Shown: positions 9,723 through 18,423, numbered from the stretch's first letter. The stretch is DNA of 34,504 nucleotides from Anaerovoracaceae bacterium (GCA_963587105.1 CAVACS010000003.1:1-34504); one strand, 5' to 3'. Notes: generated by a model not told the origin, from the sequence alone. Numbers and translations are program-made.

Positions 9723-9815
9723 TTTGTATGACCGAGAAGGGGATGTCATCCTATCTTTATGCTGTATCTTATTTTAACTTTACCCCGACCCGTTCTTATG
9801 AGAGAAGGGAGACCG

Positions 9816-10643
9816 TCAGAGTGTTAAAGATGCGATAAGAAGGCTCAGAGAGAGAGCAAGAAAGCCCGATGTGAGATTGACCATATCGTTATCGAAGCCC
9901 CGGAGTCCCCTCACCCTCACATTCTTCACATCGCCGTCATATTCGTGCTCGGTGAGTTTTCCGTCGAGGGTTCTGAAGTGTTCCTGCACAGTCGCTCCGA
10001 GAACGGAGTCGATGAGAGACCCGAGAAATCCCGATCCAGATATCAAGAGCACATGCTGCCATGACGGATATATTACAAGTGCATGGAGGAGAGCCGTTAT
10101 TACTGCGCCGCCGGCTCCGGCAAGAAGCCCCAGGACTGTCACTCCGCCGCTTATCCCCTTCGGAACACGTGTGAATGTCATTATCGATACAGGATCGTCC
10201 CTGCTCATTATCCCGAATGTGCTGGAGAATGTGTCGGCCACTGCTTCGGCGACCGACGCCGAAAAGCCGATGACGGCAATTGTACGGAAGGGAGCCGTGC
10301 GTGAGAGAAGGAGCGCGACCACAGCCGGAAGTCCGTTGGCGATGACCTGCATGAGATCCCTCTGGCTTCCTTTCTTCTCACGGCTGTTGTAGAAGCGCTT
10401 TATCTTCGAGAGAATCGAACATGAGACGAAGAAGAAGAGAAAGAGCGTGAATGCGGAGAAGCCTCCGAGATAGAGGACCATGAAGCCGAGCGTCACCGCT
10501 CCGAGAAGGCCGCTTCCCGTCAGCCATTTCTTCCATATGGCGACGACGGCTATGAGAAGAAGAACCCCTGTATATATAAGGATTACAGCCCAGAGAGGGA
10601 GAAGAGAGACCTTGTCATCCAGCTGTCCTATCAAACTCTGCAT
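9816..10643 (-). CDS. DUF92/TMEM19-family (COG1836, VTE6-like) integral membrane protein; putative prenyl-phosphate kinase
   Basis: Lies within ORF 9816..10922. It is polytopic and Gly-rich ('GISGGVTVLGLLAGAGGA', 'SGSGFLGSLIDSVLGAT'). I placed the start at the ATG at 10643, which overlaps the upstream stop as TGATG; an alternative ATG lies at 10667. The first ~90 codons of the ORF overlap the upstream gene. Confidence 0.7.
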   Translation of the reverse strand: MQSLIGQLDDKVSLLPLWAVILIYTGVLLLIAVVAIWKKWLTGSGLLGAVTLGFMVLYLGGFSAFTLFLFFFVSCSILSKIKRFYNSREKKGSQRDLMQVIANGLPAVVALLLSRTAPFRTIAVIGFSASVAEAVADTFSSTFGIMSRDDPVSIMTFTRVPKGISGGVTVLGLLAGAGGAVITALLHALVIYPSWQHVLLISGSGFLGSLIDSVLGATVQEHFRTLDGKLTEHEYDGDVKNVRVRGLRGFDNDMVNLTSGFLALSLSLLIASLTL

Positions 10644-11299
10644 CAGATACCTGCCACTTTGATCCATTCTACAAGGAAAGCTGCGACAAGAGGAACAGAC
10701 ACATTGTCGACAGATGACGGAGAAAGATTCTCCACGAGTGTCATGACAAGGCCGACAGCAAGGGATCCCCATATTCCGGCGTTTCCGAAGAGAAGGACGA
10801 GGGAAGCTGCAACTACGGCCATCGCGGCACTTCCCTCGATGCTCTTGCGATACCTGCCGTAGACAGTGTAGCTGTGCCTGCCGCACATCGTGCCGACGAC
10901 AGCCGCGGCGCCGTCCCCGCATCCCATTATGAGGACTGCCGAAATTGCACTCGATGGCGATATCAGGCCGAAGACTTCGAAAAGCACCACAGCAGTCACC
11001 GATACAGGATAGAGAACAAGCCCGATGTTCCTCTTCGGGTCCTTTATGCCGAGGGGGCCTATCATCCCCGAAAGCACGGCGAATGCGTTTATGAATATGA
11101 AAAGTATCGGGAGGGCGGGTCTCCAGAAGGCATCGTTAATACAGTATTCGCAGGGAATGATGATGAGGGAAGTCAGTATATGGATGAACTTCCTAACGTA
11201 TTCGCTCTTCCATCCGGCATAGCGTGAAAGCAGAAAGCCGGCAAAAACCTCTGCCGTAACGTAGAGAAAACAAAGAATGCAAACAACCAGATCCGACAT
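10643..11299 (-). CDS. COG0170 family membrane kinase (phytol/dolichol kinase, CTP-dependent prenol kinase-like)
   Basis: 218-aa polytopic protein. It has 'VRKFIHI' and the C-terminal signature 'GCGDGAAAVVGTMCGRH...YRKSIEGS', typical of the phytol kinase/dolichol kinase/CdsA-like superfamily. Confidence 0.7.
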   Translation of the reverse strand: MSDLVVCILCFLYVTAEVFAGFLLSRYAGWKSEYVRKFIHILTSLIIIPCEYCINDAFWRPALPILFIFINAFAVLSGMIGPLGIKDPKRNIGLVLYPVSVTAVVLFEVFGLISPSSAISAVLIMGCGDGAAAVVGTMCGRHSYTVYGRYRKSIEGSAAMAVVAASLVLLFGNAGIWGSLAVGLVMTLVENLSPSSVDNVSVPLVAAFLVEWIKVAGI

Positions 11300-11457
11300 A
11301 ATGACAGGAAAGCATCCTACCTGTTAATCCTTCTTTTCTCAATACATTCTCCTGTTCTTTCCATTTCTTTCCTGTGCATATACCAGACATCAGGAATGCA
11401 ATAAAATTCATACAACGCACAAAAATAAAGGAATTACAGGAATCTGACAGGGTTGAT

Positions 11458-11506
11458 TTGCATAAATATTATTATTACACTGTATGAAGATTGCATAAAA
11501 ATGCAA
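11458..11506. promoter_or_regulatory. Candidate ARG boxes (ArgR operators) in the argR / kinase-operon divergent promoter region
   Basis: TTGCATAAAAATGCAA (11491-11506) has perfect 6-bp palindromic arms around AAAA and lies 14 nt upstream of the argR ATG. A related half-site, TTGCATAAATATTATT, is at 11458-11473. Both are AT-rich TGCAT/ATGCA-type boxes, as in Gram-positive and Thermotoga ArgR sites. Confidence 0.45.
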
Positions 11507-11519
11507 AAGAAGGCGAAAA

Positions 11520-11990
11520 ATGAAAGAAAGGAACAACAGATTATCAGCACTGAAGGAAATCATCAAAAATAACAGAATAGACAATCAGGATACCCTCCTC
11601 GAGCTATTGGAGAAGGAAGGCTACTCCGTCACGCAGGCAACTCTCTCGAGGGACCTCAAGATGCTCAAGGTCGGCAAGATATCCGACGGATGGTCGGGCT
11701 ACTACTACGCCCTTCCCGACACCGACCTCATCAGCGAATCCGAGAAGAGCTACATACAGGATGTAAGAAGAGGAATCATCTCGATAGAGTTCAGCGGCAA
11801 CTTCGGCGTCATCAAGACACGCCCGGGACACGCAAACAGCGTCGGCTTTGCACTCGACGTCCTTGCACTTCCCGAAATTCTGGGCTCCCTTGCCGGGGAC
11901 GATACGATCTTTCTCATCCTCAGGGAGGGAATGACGAAGGAGGATCTCCTCGAGTCATTCAATTCCCGCATTCCCGAGATCAAGGACTGA
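11520..11990 (+). CDS. argR: Arginine repressor ArgR
   Basis: 156 aa. N-terminal wHTH ('QDTLLELLEKEGYSVTQATLSRDLKML') and a C-terminal oligomerisation/arginine-binding domain with 'GDDTIFLI'. Confidence 0.9.
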   Translation: MKERNNRLSALKEIIKNNRIDNQDTLLELLEKEGYSVTQATLSRDLKMLKVGKISDGWSGYYYALPDTDLISESEKSYIQDVRRGIISIEFSGNFGVIKTRPGHANSVGFALDVLALPEILGSLAGDDTIFLILREGMTKEDLLESFNSRIPEIKD

Positions 11991-12057
11991 CAAACAAACT
12001 ATCAGGCCTTTATAATCCATAAGAAGCCGTCTATAATCAGATTATCTGAAAAAAGGA

Positions 12058-13644
12058 ATGGAAATCATGGAATACTACAATCTCACATCTATGCCGGCAT
12101 TCTCGAAACTCAAGAACGGCGAAAAGGTATCTATCCGTGAACTTCTCTCGAAGGAGAGAATCGAAAAGTCGAACATAAAGCTCGGCGGGGGACTTACATA
12201 CAACTGGGCTGCAATGCCTGTCGACGACAGGATCGTACGCGGTCTGCAGAAGCTTGCCGACGAGATGGAGGTCATCGACAAATACAAGGCCCTTCTCTCG
12301 GGAGAGAGAATGAACACCGGAGAAAACCGCCTCGTACTCCATCAGCTGACACGCGGCAATGTTCTCAAGGCAGAAGTATATGCCGACGGCGAAAACAAGG
12401 AGGAGTTCTACAAAGGGGAACTCAACAAGATAAAGGACTTCTCGACAAAGGTCAGAAACGGCTCGATCAAAGGATCGACGGGAAAGAAGTTCAAGACGAT
12501 CTGCCAGATCGGAATCGGAGGCTCTGACCTGGGACCGAGAGCTCTCTACCTCGCACTCAAAGGCTGGGCGGCGGGAAACAAGGTGAAGACGCTCGAAGGC
12601 CGCTTCATATCGAACGTCGACCCCGATGATGCAGCTTCCGCAATCGAGGGCCTCGACCTTGAGACGACACTCTTCGTTCTCGTATCGAAGAGCGGGACGA
12701 CACAGGAGACGCTGACGAACAGAGATCTCGTATTGAGCGTGCTCTCATCTTCTCCCATCGAAGGCTTCGAAGCATCCAGACACATGGTCGCCGTCACAAG
12801 CAAGACAAGCCCCCTCAGTCAGGACAAGTCCCTCCTTCAGTCATTCTTCATCGACGACTACATCGGAGGAAGATACTCCTCGACATCGGCTGTCGGCGGC
12901 GTCGTGCTCTCGCTCTGCTACGGCTACGCTGCATTCGCATCGCTTTTAAAGGGAGCTCACGAGGAAGACAGGCTTGCTCTGGGAAAGAACATCAGGAAGA
13001 ACGGTGCTCTCATGGATGCCCTCATCGGCCTCTACCTGAGAAACATCCTCTCCTATCCTTCTACTGCGATACTGCCCTATTCACAGGCGCTCTCACGCTT
13101 CCCGGCACACCTCCAGCAGCTCGACATGGAATCCAACGGAAAGCATGTCAACAGATTCGGAGAGGCAGTCAACTATCCCACGGGCCCCGTCATCTTCGGA
13201 GAGCCGGGAACAAACGGGCAGCACAGCTTCTATCAGCTTCTGCATCAGGGAACAGACATCGTACCTCTGCAGTTCATCGGCTTCAGGGAGAACCAGAGGG
13301 GACTCGATCTGGTGACAGACGGCTCGACAAGCCAGGCAAAGCTCAACGCAAACCTCGCGGCGCAGATCGTCGCATTTGCACTTGGAAAGGATGACGAGAA
13401 CCCGAACAAGGAGTTTGCAGGAGAAAGACCCTCGTCCCTCATCTACGGCGAGAGGCTCACACCGGCATCTCTCGGTGCCCTTCTTGCACACTACGAGAAC
13501 AAGGTCATGTTCCAGGGCTTCCTGTGGAACCTCAACTCCTTTGACCAGGAGGGTGTCCAGCTTGGCAAGAAGCTTGCAAAGAAGGTGCTTTCGGGCTGTG
13601 ACGGAGACGAAGTGCTCCTCGCATTCAGCAGCCTTCTTAAATAA
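12058..13644 (+). CDS. pgi: Glucose-6-phosphate isomerase
   Basis: 528 aa, with 'IGIGGSDLGPRAL', 'ESNGK' and 'GTNGQHSFYQLLHQG'. An alternative start lies at 12067. Confidence 0.93.
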   Translation: MEIMEYYNLTSMPAFSKLKNGEKVSIRELLSKERIEKSNIKLGGGLTYNWAAMPVDDRIVRGLQKLADEMEVIDKYKALLSGERMNTGENRLVLHQLTRGNVLKAEVYADGENKEEFYKGELNKIKDFSTKVRNGSIKGSTGKKFKTICQIGIGGSDLGPRALYLALKGWAAGNKVKTLEGRFISNVDPDDAASAIEGLDLETTLFVLVSKSGTTQETLTNRDLVLSVLSSSPIEGFEASRHMVAVTSKTSPLSQDKSLLQSFFIDDYIGGRYSSTSAVGGVVLSLCYGYAAFASLLKGAHEEDRLALGKNIRKNGALMDALIGLYLRNILSYPSTAILPYSQALSRFPAHLQQLDMESNGKHVNRFGEAVNYPTGPVIFGEPGTNGQHSFYQLLHQGTDIVPLQFIGFRENQRGLDLVTDGSTSQAKLNANLAAQIVAFALGKDDENPNKEFAGERPSSLIYGERLTPASLGALLAHYENKVMFQGFLWNLNSFDQEGVQLGKKLAKKVLSGCDGDEVLLAFSSLLK

Positions 13645-13666
13645 AATAAAGAAAAAAACGAAGAAG

Positions 13667-13694
13667 TCCCTTCCCCCGACGGAAGGGATTTTCA
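13667..13694 (+). terminator. Intrinsic terminator after pgi
   Basis: TCCCTTCC (13667-13674) pairs with GGAAGGGA (13681-13688) and is followed by TTTTC. Confidence 0.6.
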
Positions 13695-13708
13695 TAAACT
13701 GAGGAAGT

Positions 13709-15217
13709 ATGATCAGACAGGGTTTCGACAGCAGAAAATACATTGAAGAACAGACAAGATACATCCTTGAACGGGTGAATTCGAGAAAGGGAAGACTATA
13801 TATCGAATGCGGAGGCAAGCTTCTCTATGACCTCCACGCCTCACGGGTCCTCCCCGGCTTCGACCCCAACAACAAGATGGCGGTGCTCCAGGTGCTGAAG
13901 GAGCACCTCGACATCATCATCTGCATCTACGCCGGTGATATTGAGAAAAGAAAGATGAGGGGCGACTTCGGCATCAGCTACGACGCCGATGTTCAGAAGA
14001 TGATAGATGACTTTGCACGCTACGGCCTTAAATGCGACAAGGTCGTCATAACACGCTTCAACGGACAGGCGTCCGCAGTTCTGTTCAAGGAGAAGCTCGA
14101 GAGAATGGGTATCAAGGTATATACCCATCCGGCGACACCGGGCTACCCGGGAAACATAGATCTCGTCGTCTCCGAAGAAGGATACGGAAAGAACGAGTAC
14201 ATCCCCGTCGAAGCACCCGTCGTCATCGTCAACGCACCCGGCCCCGGAAGCGGAAAGCTCGCAACATGCCTCAGCCAGATGTATCATGAGGCAAAGAGGG
14301 GACAGAAGCCCCAGTATTCGAAGTATGAAACCTTCCCCATCTGGAACCTTCCCCTCGACCATCCCGTCAACATCGCGTACGAGGCTGCGACAGTCGACCT
14401 CGGGGACGTGAACCTCATCGACCACTTCCATCTCAATGCATATAACAAGGTTGCCGTGAACTACAACCGCGACCTCGAGGCCTTTCCCCTTCTGAAGAAG
14501 ATCATCGAACGCATAAGCGGAGAGGAATGCCCTTACAAATCCCCGACGGACATGGGCGTCAACCGCTGCGGTTTCGGCATTACAGATGACGAGGCATGCA
14601 GAGAGGCGGGCCGCGAGGAGATAATCCGCCGCTACTTCAAGACGCTCACAGACTATGCCTCCGGCCTCTGCAGTGAAGATACCGTCACACGCATGAACTC
14701 CATTATGGACAAGGCACAGCTTACCGGAGAGATGCGCTCGGTCGTGCTCCCTGCAAGGGAGGAACTCAGAAGGGCAATAGAAAGTGGAAAGGGAAAGGAC
14801 GGCACAGTATGTGCTGCAGCCATAGAGCTGGAGGACGGAAGGATTATCACGGCACATAACTCGATGGTGCTTCATGCTTCCTCCGCCCTGATCCTCAATG
14901 CCCTCAAGGTACTTGCAGGAATTGATAAGGAAAAGGAGATCATCAACAGTCGTGTCATCTCCTCGATAACGACGATGAAGAGGGATCTGCTCTCGGGAAA
15001 GGGCGTATCGCTCAACCTCGACGAGACACTCATCGCCCTTGCAATGTCGAGTGCCGACGACGAAGAGGCTGAAAGAGCGCTCAAGGAGCTGCCCCGCCTC
15101 AGAGGGGCCGAGGTGCACATGACGCACATCCCCTCTCCCGGCGACAGTTCGGGCTTGAGAAAGCTGGGAGTGCAGTTTACATCGGATCCTAAATATCCGG
15201 CAAAAAATGTTCTTTGA
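13709..15217 (+). CDS. DUF1846 (UPF0371) family protein, function unknown
   Basis: 502 aa. The N-terminus 'GFDSRKYIEEQTRYILERV...LYIECGGKLLYDLHASRVLPGFDPNNKM' is characteristic of UPF0371. A GAGGAAG Shine-Dalgarno lies upstream. Confidence 0.75.
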   Translation: MIRQGFDSRKYIEEQTRYILERVNSRKGRLYIECGGKLLYDLHASRVLPGFDPNNKMAVLQVLKEHLDIIICIYAGDIEKRKMRGDFGISYDADVQKMIDDFARYGLKCDKVVITRFNGQASAVLFKEKLERMGIKVYTHPATPGYPGNIDLVVSEEGYGKNEYIPVEAPVVIVNAPGPGSGKLATCLSQMYHEAKRGQKPQYSKYETFPIWNLPLDHPVNIAYEAATVDLGDVNLIDHFHLNAYNKVAVNYNRDLEAFPLLKKIIERISGEECPYKSPTDMGVNRCGFGITDDEACREAGREEIIRRYFKTLTDYASGLCSEDTVTRMNSIMDKAQLTGEMRSVVLPAREELRRAIESGKGKDGTVCAAAIELEDGRIITAHNSMVLHASSALILNALKVLAGIDKEKEIINSRVISSITTMKRDLLSGKGVSLNLDETLIALAMSSADDEEAERALKELPRLRGAEVHMTHIPSPGDSSGLRKLGVQFTSDPKYPAKNVL

Positions 15218-15261
15218 TCCAATTACTTGCCACCGGGCAAAGTATATTAGACAATAAGCCT

Positions 15262-16281
15262 ATGTCAGAAAGAAGAAACGACAGGAACGAGAGACTCTTC
15301 ATAGAAGGATTCGGGAAATTCTTCTCCCTTAACCCGGAGTCTCTTACGCCTGATGAAATAAAAGACATGAACAATATGTCATACCCCAGAGGCGTCAAGA
15401 ACAAGTATCTTGCACATACCCGCAAGCCCCTGAGTGTGACATCATATATAATCCCGGTCTCGGACGGAGGCTCGATTGCGGCCTATTATGTTCTCGACAG
15501 AAACCTTCTGGAGAAGGGTCCGCTTCCCCTTGTGATCTTCTTCCACGGAGGAGGATGGCTCCATGCCAACATGGATCTCTATCTCACGTATGTAAAGTAT
15601 TTTGCATACAAAATGGAATCGGCAGTGCTCCTCGTCGATTACAGACTGGGGCAGAACTACCGTTTCCCGACGGCTGTCGAAGACTGCTACGACGCCGTAC
15701 TCTGGGCAAGCGAAGGCGTGAAGTACTGGAAGGTCGACCCGGACCAGGTCTACCTCGCAGGGGACGGCTTCGGTGCAACGCTCGCAATAAGTGCGACAAT
15801 GCTCCTGAGAGACAGAAAAGGCCCCGTCCCGCAGGGAAACCTGCTCTTCTATCCACTCACGGACGGAAGGCTCAGAACACAGTCGATGGAGACATACAGG
15901 GAGACTCCGGTTCTGACACAGAGAATGCTCAGCTGGTATATAAAGAACTACTCGAGAGAGACGAAGGACAGTCTTTCGCCTCTGATGAGCCCTCTCCTTT
16001 CAAACGATCTGACGCGCATGCCCCCGACACTCACGATTGCAGCAGGAATTGATCCTCTCCTCGACGACTCCGTTCTCTACACCGATGCTCTCCAGACAGA
16101 GGGAGTAAAGGCAAAGGTTCTTGTATGCAGAGATTCAATGCACGGCTTCATGCTCTTCAGACATGCAAAGGAAAGGCCGGCTGCAGAGAGTGCGGTGTGG
16201 CAGATGCTGCACGGACGCAACGTCGAGGCGATAGAACTTCTGAGCCCCTCGGAATTCAGGGATCTGAGAAGAAAACTCTGA
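15262..16281 (+). CDS. Alpha/beta-hydrolase fold protein of the hormone-sensitive-lipase (HSL) esterase family, with nucleophile Ser replaced by Gly
   Basis: The oxyanion motif 'HGGGW', acid 'DPLLDD' and 'MHGF' His are present. The nucleophile elbow reads 'GDGFGA' (15763-15777) instead of GDSAG. The start is uncertain: ATG at 15262, or TTG at 15214, which would overlap the DUF1846 stop as TTGA. Confidence 0.75.
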   Translation: MSERRNDRNERLFIEGFGKFFSLNPESLTPDEIKDMNNMSYPRGVKNKYLAHTRKPLSVTSYIIPVSDGGSIAAYYVLDRNLLEKGPLPLVIFFHGGGWLHANMDLYLTYVKYFAYKMESAVLLVDYRLGQNYRFPTAVEDCYDAVLWASEGVKYWKVDPDQVYLAGDGFGATLAISATMLLRDRKGPVPQGNLLFYPLTDGRLRTQSMETYRETPVLTQRMLSWYIKNYSRETKDSLSPLMSPLLSNDLTRMPPTLTIAAGIDPLLDDSVLYTDALQTEGVKAKVLVCRDSMHGFMLFRHAKERPAAESAVWQMLHGRNVEAIELLSPSEFRDLRRKL

Positions 16282-16550
16282 AACACGGGCAGGAAAAAAA
16301 GGTAAACCCGTTCATTATGACCGAAAAAACAAGGGGGGTGAGGTCAGAGTATTTAATGGACAGGTTCACCTAACACCGAACACAATAAACAGCGAACTGC
16401 TTATCAAGAAAATGGTACGACTGACTGTGCCGTATGTTTAGCGGTTTTTTCAGATTTTACAATCTCCTTACCATGCTCTATGCTTTCTTATCCTTGACGA
16501 TGGATGACTTTATGTTCATCAATAATATATGACAGGAGGATCCTTCTTAT

Positions 16551-17264
16551 ATGATAGCATTTCTTCTCATGCCGAGGACGATTCTCGTCCTGGCTGCGAT
16601 AATCCCCGCCATCTTTCTCCTTGTGAAAATATATAAGGGAGACAGACTCGAGAGGGAGGATCCCGTCTTCATATTCATCCTCGTCGTCATGGGGATAATT
16701 TCGACAGCGGCGGCATCGATTCTCGAGGAAGCGGGATCCCTTGTACTCTCTCTCTTCTTCAACGGTACCGAAACACTCTACCAGGTACTCCTCTACTACA
16801 TTGTCGTAGCCCTCAGCGAAGAGGGATCAAAATATGTTCTACTGAGAAAAAGAACATATCACAGCCGGGAATTCAACTGTCGCTATGACGCCGTCATCTA
16901 TGCAGTTGCCGTCTCTTTAGGCTTCGCACTCTGGGAGAACATATTCTATGTATTCCGCTTCGGCCTGGGTACAGCTCTCACAAGAGCGCTCACTGCTATT
17001 CCCGGGCACTGTTCATTCGGCGTCTTCATGGGAGTCTGGTACGCCAGGGAGAAGGAGTGCGACCTCTACGGCGAAAAGGCGGGAATGTATTTATCACGCA
17101 TTCTCTCCGTTCTTCTTCCTGTGCTCCTCCACGGAACATACGACTACCTTTGTTCGATCAATACTGAAGAGGGAGCCCTCTGTTTCCTCATCTTCATCAT
17201 TGTAATGTTCCTCCTCTCCTTCCTCACAGTGAGAAAGAAGAGCAGAGACGACGGATATTTCTAG
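16551..17264 (+). CDS. PrsW-family intramembrane glutamic/metalloprotease
   Basis: 237-aa polytopic protein with the 'EEGSKY', 'FALWENIFY' and 'HGTYDY' motifs. A strong ACAGGAGGA Shine-Dalgarno sits 10 nt upstream. Confidence 0.8.
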   Translation: MIAFLLMPRTILVLAAIIPAIFLLVKIYKGDRLEREDPVFIFILVVMGIISTAAASILEEAGSLVLSLFFNGTETLYQVLLYYIVVALSEEGSKYVLLRKRTYHSREFNCRYDAVIYAVAVSLGFALWENIFYVFRFGLGTALTRALTAIPGHCSFGVFMGVWYAREKECDLYGEKAGMYLSRILSVLLPVLLHGTYDYLCSINTEEGALCFLIFIIVMFLLSFLTVRKKSRDDGYF

Positions 17265-18283
17265 AAGAGCTTTCCGAGACGCGCATCGTCTGCGGCATCC
17301 TTTATCGAATAAAGAAGACGACCCTCCCTGTACTCCTCGAGCATCCCGGCGATGGCAATCTCGTCGTCAGAAAGGACGACGGGATAGAAATTGTTCGTAA
17401 AGACCGTCTCTCTCCCGAGCGTGACATGGGAGAGCGAGGGATAGTGGCTGCTCTTTCCACTATCACGATGGAATACGAACTCTTCACTTACCGGGTAGCC
17501 GTCCTTATCTATAAAAGTAACACCCTTCTCTGTCACTATGCCCCTCTCGCCTCTTATCTCGATACGGAGCGGAATAATGTAACTATGATACTGGTTCGAC
17601 GAGAAGTCACATATGAAGACTTCGCCGCTTCTGAAGGTAACAGAGGTTATCTTACGCCTGTATTGCTCTGTCTCTCCGCTTCTGAGAAGTCCCGATCTGT
17701 CCCCTGTCCTGAGGCAATCGAAGCTGCTGTCGAGAAGCCTTTTCACCTCATCAATCTCCTTATCGGGGAAGACGGCCTTCATGACAGATGCCGCATGATG
17801 ATTATGAAGGCCTGAAAGATAGAAATATGAAATCCGTCCGATTCTTTCTGCCGCCCTCATGACCGATGAATAGAATGGAGTATGAAGGTACTGCTCGAGA
17901 GTCCATCCCCTGATTCTACCGGCGCGTGAGAGCTCGGATTCGCTCAATGTAAGGAAGGACGTCTCCGTGATGATCTTCTCTCCCCTCTTCTCAAGGTATT
18001 CAAGAAGCGGCAGAAAGCCCTCCTTTCCCGAGGCGACTATGACGGCGTCATGTTCTTTCCGGAGCGCCTCATCAATGTCCGTCAGAGCATTCAGACCCTT
18101 CCCGACAAGCATCGCCCTCCTCTCTTCCGAATGCGTGTAGAGAGAAGAGATGACAAGAAGCGAGGGAAGAGCGGCGGCTATGCGGATATAGAAAAAGGCA
18201 CGCCATCCTGTCCCGCAGAGGACAGCTTTCAATGCATCTTTCTCTACAGAGCCATCTTGAAATCTGTTTTCAATATCTTTCAT
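17261..18283 (-). CDS. Gfo/Idh/MocA-like oxidoreductase-fold protein (divergent)
   Basis: N-terminal 'KAVLCGTGWRAFFY' fits GxGxxA in a Rossmann-like fold, followed by an EKP-like 'LEQYLHTP' and a C-terminal alpha/beta domain. The GTG start at 18337 given in the ORF track lies inside a terminator stem, so I placed the start at the ATG at 18283 (alternative TTG at 18232). Its stop overlaps the PrsW stop in the palindrome CTAG. Confidence 0.5.
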   Translation of the reverse strand: MKDIENRFQDGSVEKDALKAVLCGTGWRAFFYIRIAAALPSLLVISSLYTHSEERRAMLVGKGLNALTDIDEALRKEHDAVIVASGKEGFLPLLEYLEKRGEKIITETSFLTLSESELSRAGRIRGWTLEQYLHTPFYSSVMRAAERIGRISYFYLSGLHNHHAASVMKAVFPDKEIDEVKRLLDSSFDCLRTGDRSGLLRSGETEQYRRKITSVTFRSGEVFICDFSSNQYHSYIIPLRIEIRGERGIVTEKGVTFIDKDGYPVSEEFVFHRDSGKSSHYPSLSHVTLGRETVFTNNFYPVVLSDDEIAIAGMLEEYREGRLLYSIKDAADDARLGKLF

Positions 18284-18325
18284 CAGAAAAATTCTATTCG
18301 CCGCGGCATGGGCTGTAAAGACAAT

Positions 18326-18367
18326 AAAAAACCCCACATGGCAAAAAGGAGGAAACCATACGTGGGG
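18326..18367 (-). terminator. Intrinsic terminator (minus strand)
   Basis: On the minus strand: CCCCACGUAUGG (18356-18367), a 14-nt loop, CCAUGUGGGG (18332-18341), then UUUUUU (18326-18331). Confidence 0.75.
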
Positions 18368-18417
18368 AACAAAAGGAGGTTACTAGAAACCGAACGATTA
18401 TCATTTTCCGATTTCTG
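18326..18417 (-). ncRNA. Candidate ~90-nt small RNA or transcription-attenuating leader with two CCUCCUUUU motifs
   Basis: It is bounded by a good promoter (18424-18452) and a strong intrinsic terminator (18326-18367). The predicted 5' hairpin pairs AGAAAUCGG with UCGGUUUCU. This is followed by a single-stranded AACCUCCUUUUG segment (complement of 18371-18379). A second CCUCCUUUUU (complement of 18343-18352) sits in the terminator loop. Confidence 0.4.
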
Positions 18418-18423
18418 AATGAG

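Noticed and set aside
16282-16550. Possible terminator or sRNA structures between the esterase homologue and prsW (ACGGG/CCCGT and GGTGA/TCACC stems, and a T6 run at 16445).
   Set aside because: The stems are only 5 bp with large loops. The T-run is not adjacent to a convincing hairpin, and no clear promoter could be paired with them.
17261-17264. Convergent PrsW and Gfo/Idh/MocA-like genes share their stop codons in the palindrome CTAG.
   Set aside because: The observation is real but trivial. It is a 4-nt convergent overlap with no evident regulatory meaning.
18338-18418. Plus-strand small basic ORF (MAKRRKPYVGNKRRLLETERLSFSDF), with two AAGGAGG sequences inside it.
   Set aside because: The AAGGAGG sequences lie within the ORF rather than at a proper distance upstream of a start codon. 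The segment also forms a minus-strand terminator with a U6 tract. The minus-strand RNA interpretation fits better.
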